From a virus (Duplodnaviria; Heunggongvirae; Uroviricota; Caudoviricetes), in IMG/VR virus record IMGVR_UViG_3300031555_002005: a DNA stretch of 64,000 nt, one strand, 5' to 3'. The position numbers were made by a program, and so were the translations under genes. Shown piece by piece: positions 63,929 to 64,000 of this stretch. Within the stretch, counting starts at the first letter, position 1. Each line of letters begins with the position of its first letter. The notes under the pieces are model-generated. The model saw only the letters and a program-made list of their open reading frames with translations, was not told where the DNA came from and searched no databases.

Positions 63929-64000
63929 TGAATATTGAACGTTCAAGAATGGCTTGGAGAAGATAATCAGTTAGGAATTGATATCTGGGAAAAAAAGTAC

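Noticed and set aside
1-64000. CRISPR array
   Set aside because: No series of regularly spaced identical direct repeats with unique spacers. The repeated elements present are promoter/operator-like motifs or tRNA-related.
1081-64000. Numerous minus-strand ORFs of 60-160 aa in the six-frame track
   Set aside because: Every one overlaps a longer + strand gene with a good RBS and recognisable domains. They lack RBSs and are products of the AT-rich composition. The only non-overlapping one (26577-26939) is reported as an open question.

Overview
The window reads as a 64-kb stretch of the replication, nucleotide-metabolism and accessory region of a large virulent-type bacteriophage of a low-GC Gram-positive (Bacillota-like) host. 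Every gene I can support lies on the + strand. Evidence for the host type is sigma-A-like TTGACA-N17-TATAAT promoters, strong GGAGG ribosome-binding sites (RBS), GTG/TTG start codons and CCA-encoding tRNAs. No capsid, tail or terminase genes are visible, so this is not the structural module.

The window encodes a replisome and DNA-metabolism set: a DnaE-type Pol III alpha subunit with a PHP domain, an NAD-dependent DNA ligase, a Toprim primase, a DnaB-like helicase, a RecD/Dda-like helicase, a RecJ-like DHH nuclease, an SSB-like protein and a RecA-fold ATPase. It also has nucleotide-metabolism genes (ThyX-like enzyme, dCMP deaminase, guanylate-kinase-like enzyme, HAD 5'-nucleotidase), a tyrosine recombinase and many free-standing homing endonucleases (two GIY-YIG, five HNH, one LAGLIDADG).

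Five things stand out.
1. A phage-encoded reverse transcriptase (1208-2467) is followed by a roughly 480-nt highly structured non-coding region with three copies of a TGCAAGG-N-TAAATTCAA repeat and large perfect hairpins. This region and a second one at 4425-4803 each have a box-hairpin-box architecture built on ATATGA[AG]NCANTTAAAG boxes, and together they bracket two unknown ORFs.
2. About 30 tRNA and tRNA-like genes sit in several arrays. At least seven or eight of them have non-canonical insertions in the anticodon arm. These range from about 18 extra nt (33958-34049, a 25-nt loop) to about 80 extra nt, and include an 87-nt loop at 23483-23569 that contains a nested tRNA-like element.
   - Two inserts are themselves tRNA-like elements ending in CCA. 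Excising them would restore canonical 7-nt anticodon loops (UUU and UCU).
   - A cluster at 28.2-29.3 kb carries nine copies of a CAC(A/T)NACAGCAATTTTA motif and lies next to a vWA protein of the DUF2828 or Ro60/TROVE-like kind.
3. The window encodes what looks like a complete protein-based RNA end-healing, sealing and tRNA-repair toolkit.
   - Enzymes: a Tpt1/KptA 2'-phosphotransferase, a metallophosphoesterase, an RNA ligase fused to an EMAP/Trbp111-type tRNA-binding OB domain, a Pol-beta-type nucleotidyltransferase, a Pnk kinase fused to an HD phosphoesterase, a Thg1-like 3'-5' nucleotidyltransferase, a cysteine desulfurase and a GatB/YqeY protein.
   - Taken with the interrupted tRNA genes, this is a candidate protein-dependent tRNA splicing and repair system that I have not seen described for a phage.
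4. An NAD salvage module (NadR-like NMNAT/NR kinase, a P-loop kinase, a PnuC transporter) is adjacent to the GatB/YqeY gene.
5. A 16-17-nt element, ACAATACAAAATTAATG, occurs about 24 times, always in the + orientation and 8-25 nt upstream of an RBS or a tRNA operon. It is either fused to a TTGACA -35 hexamer or located just downstream of a host-type promoter. I read it as a phage-specific promoter or operator.

All coordinates are from reading the sequence by eye. tRNA folds and exact boundaries need tRNAscan-SE, ARAGORN or Infernal to confirm.
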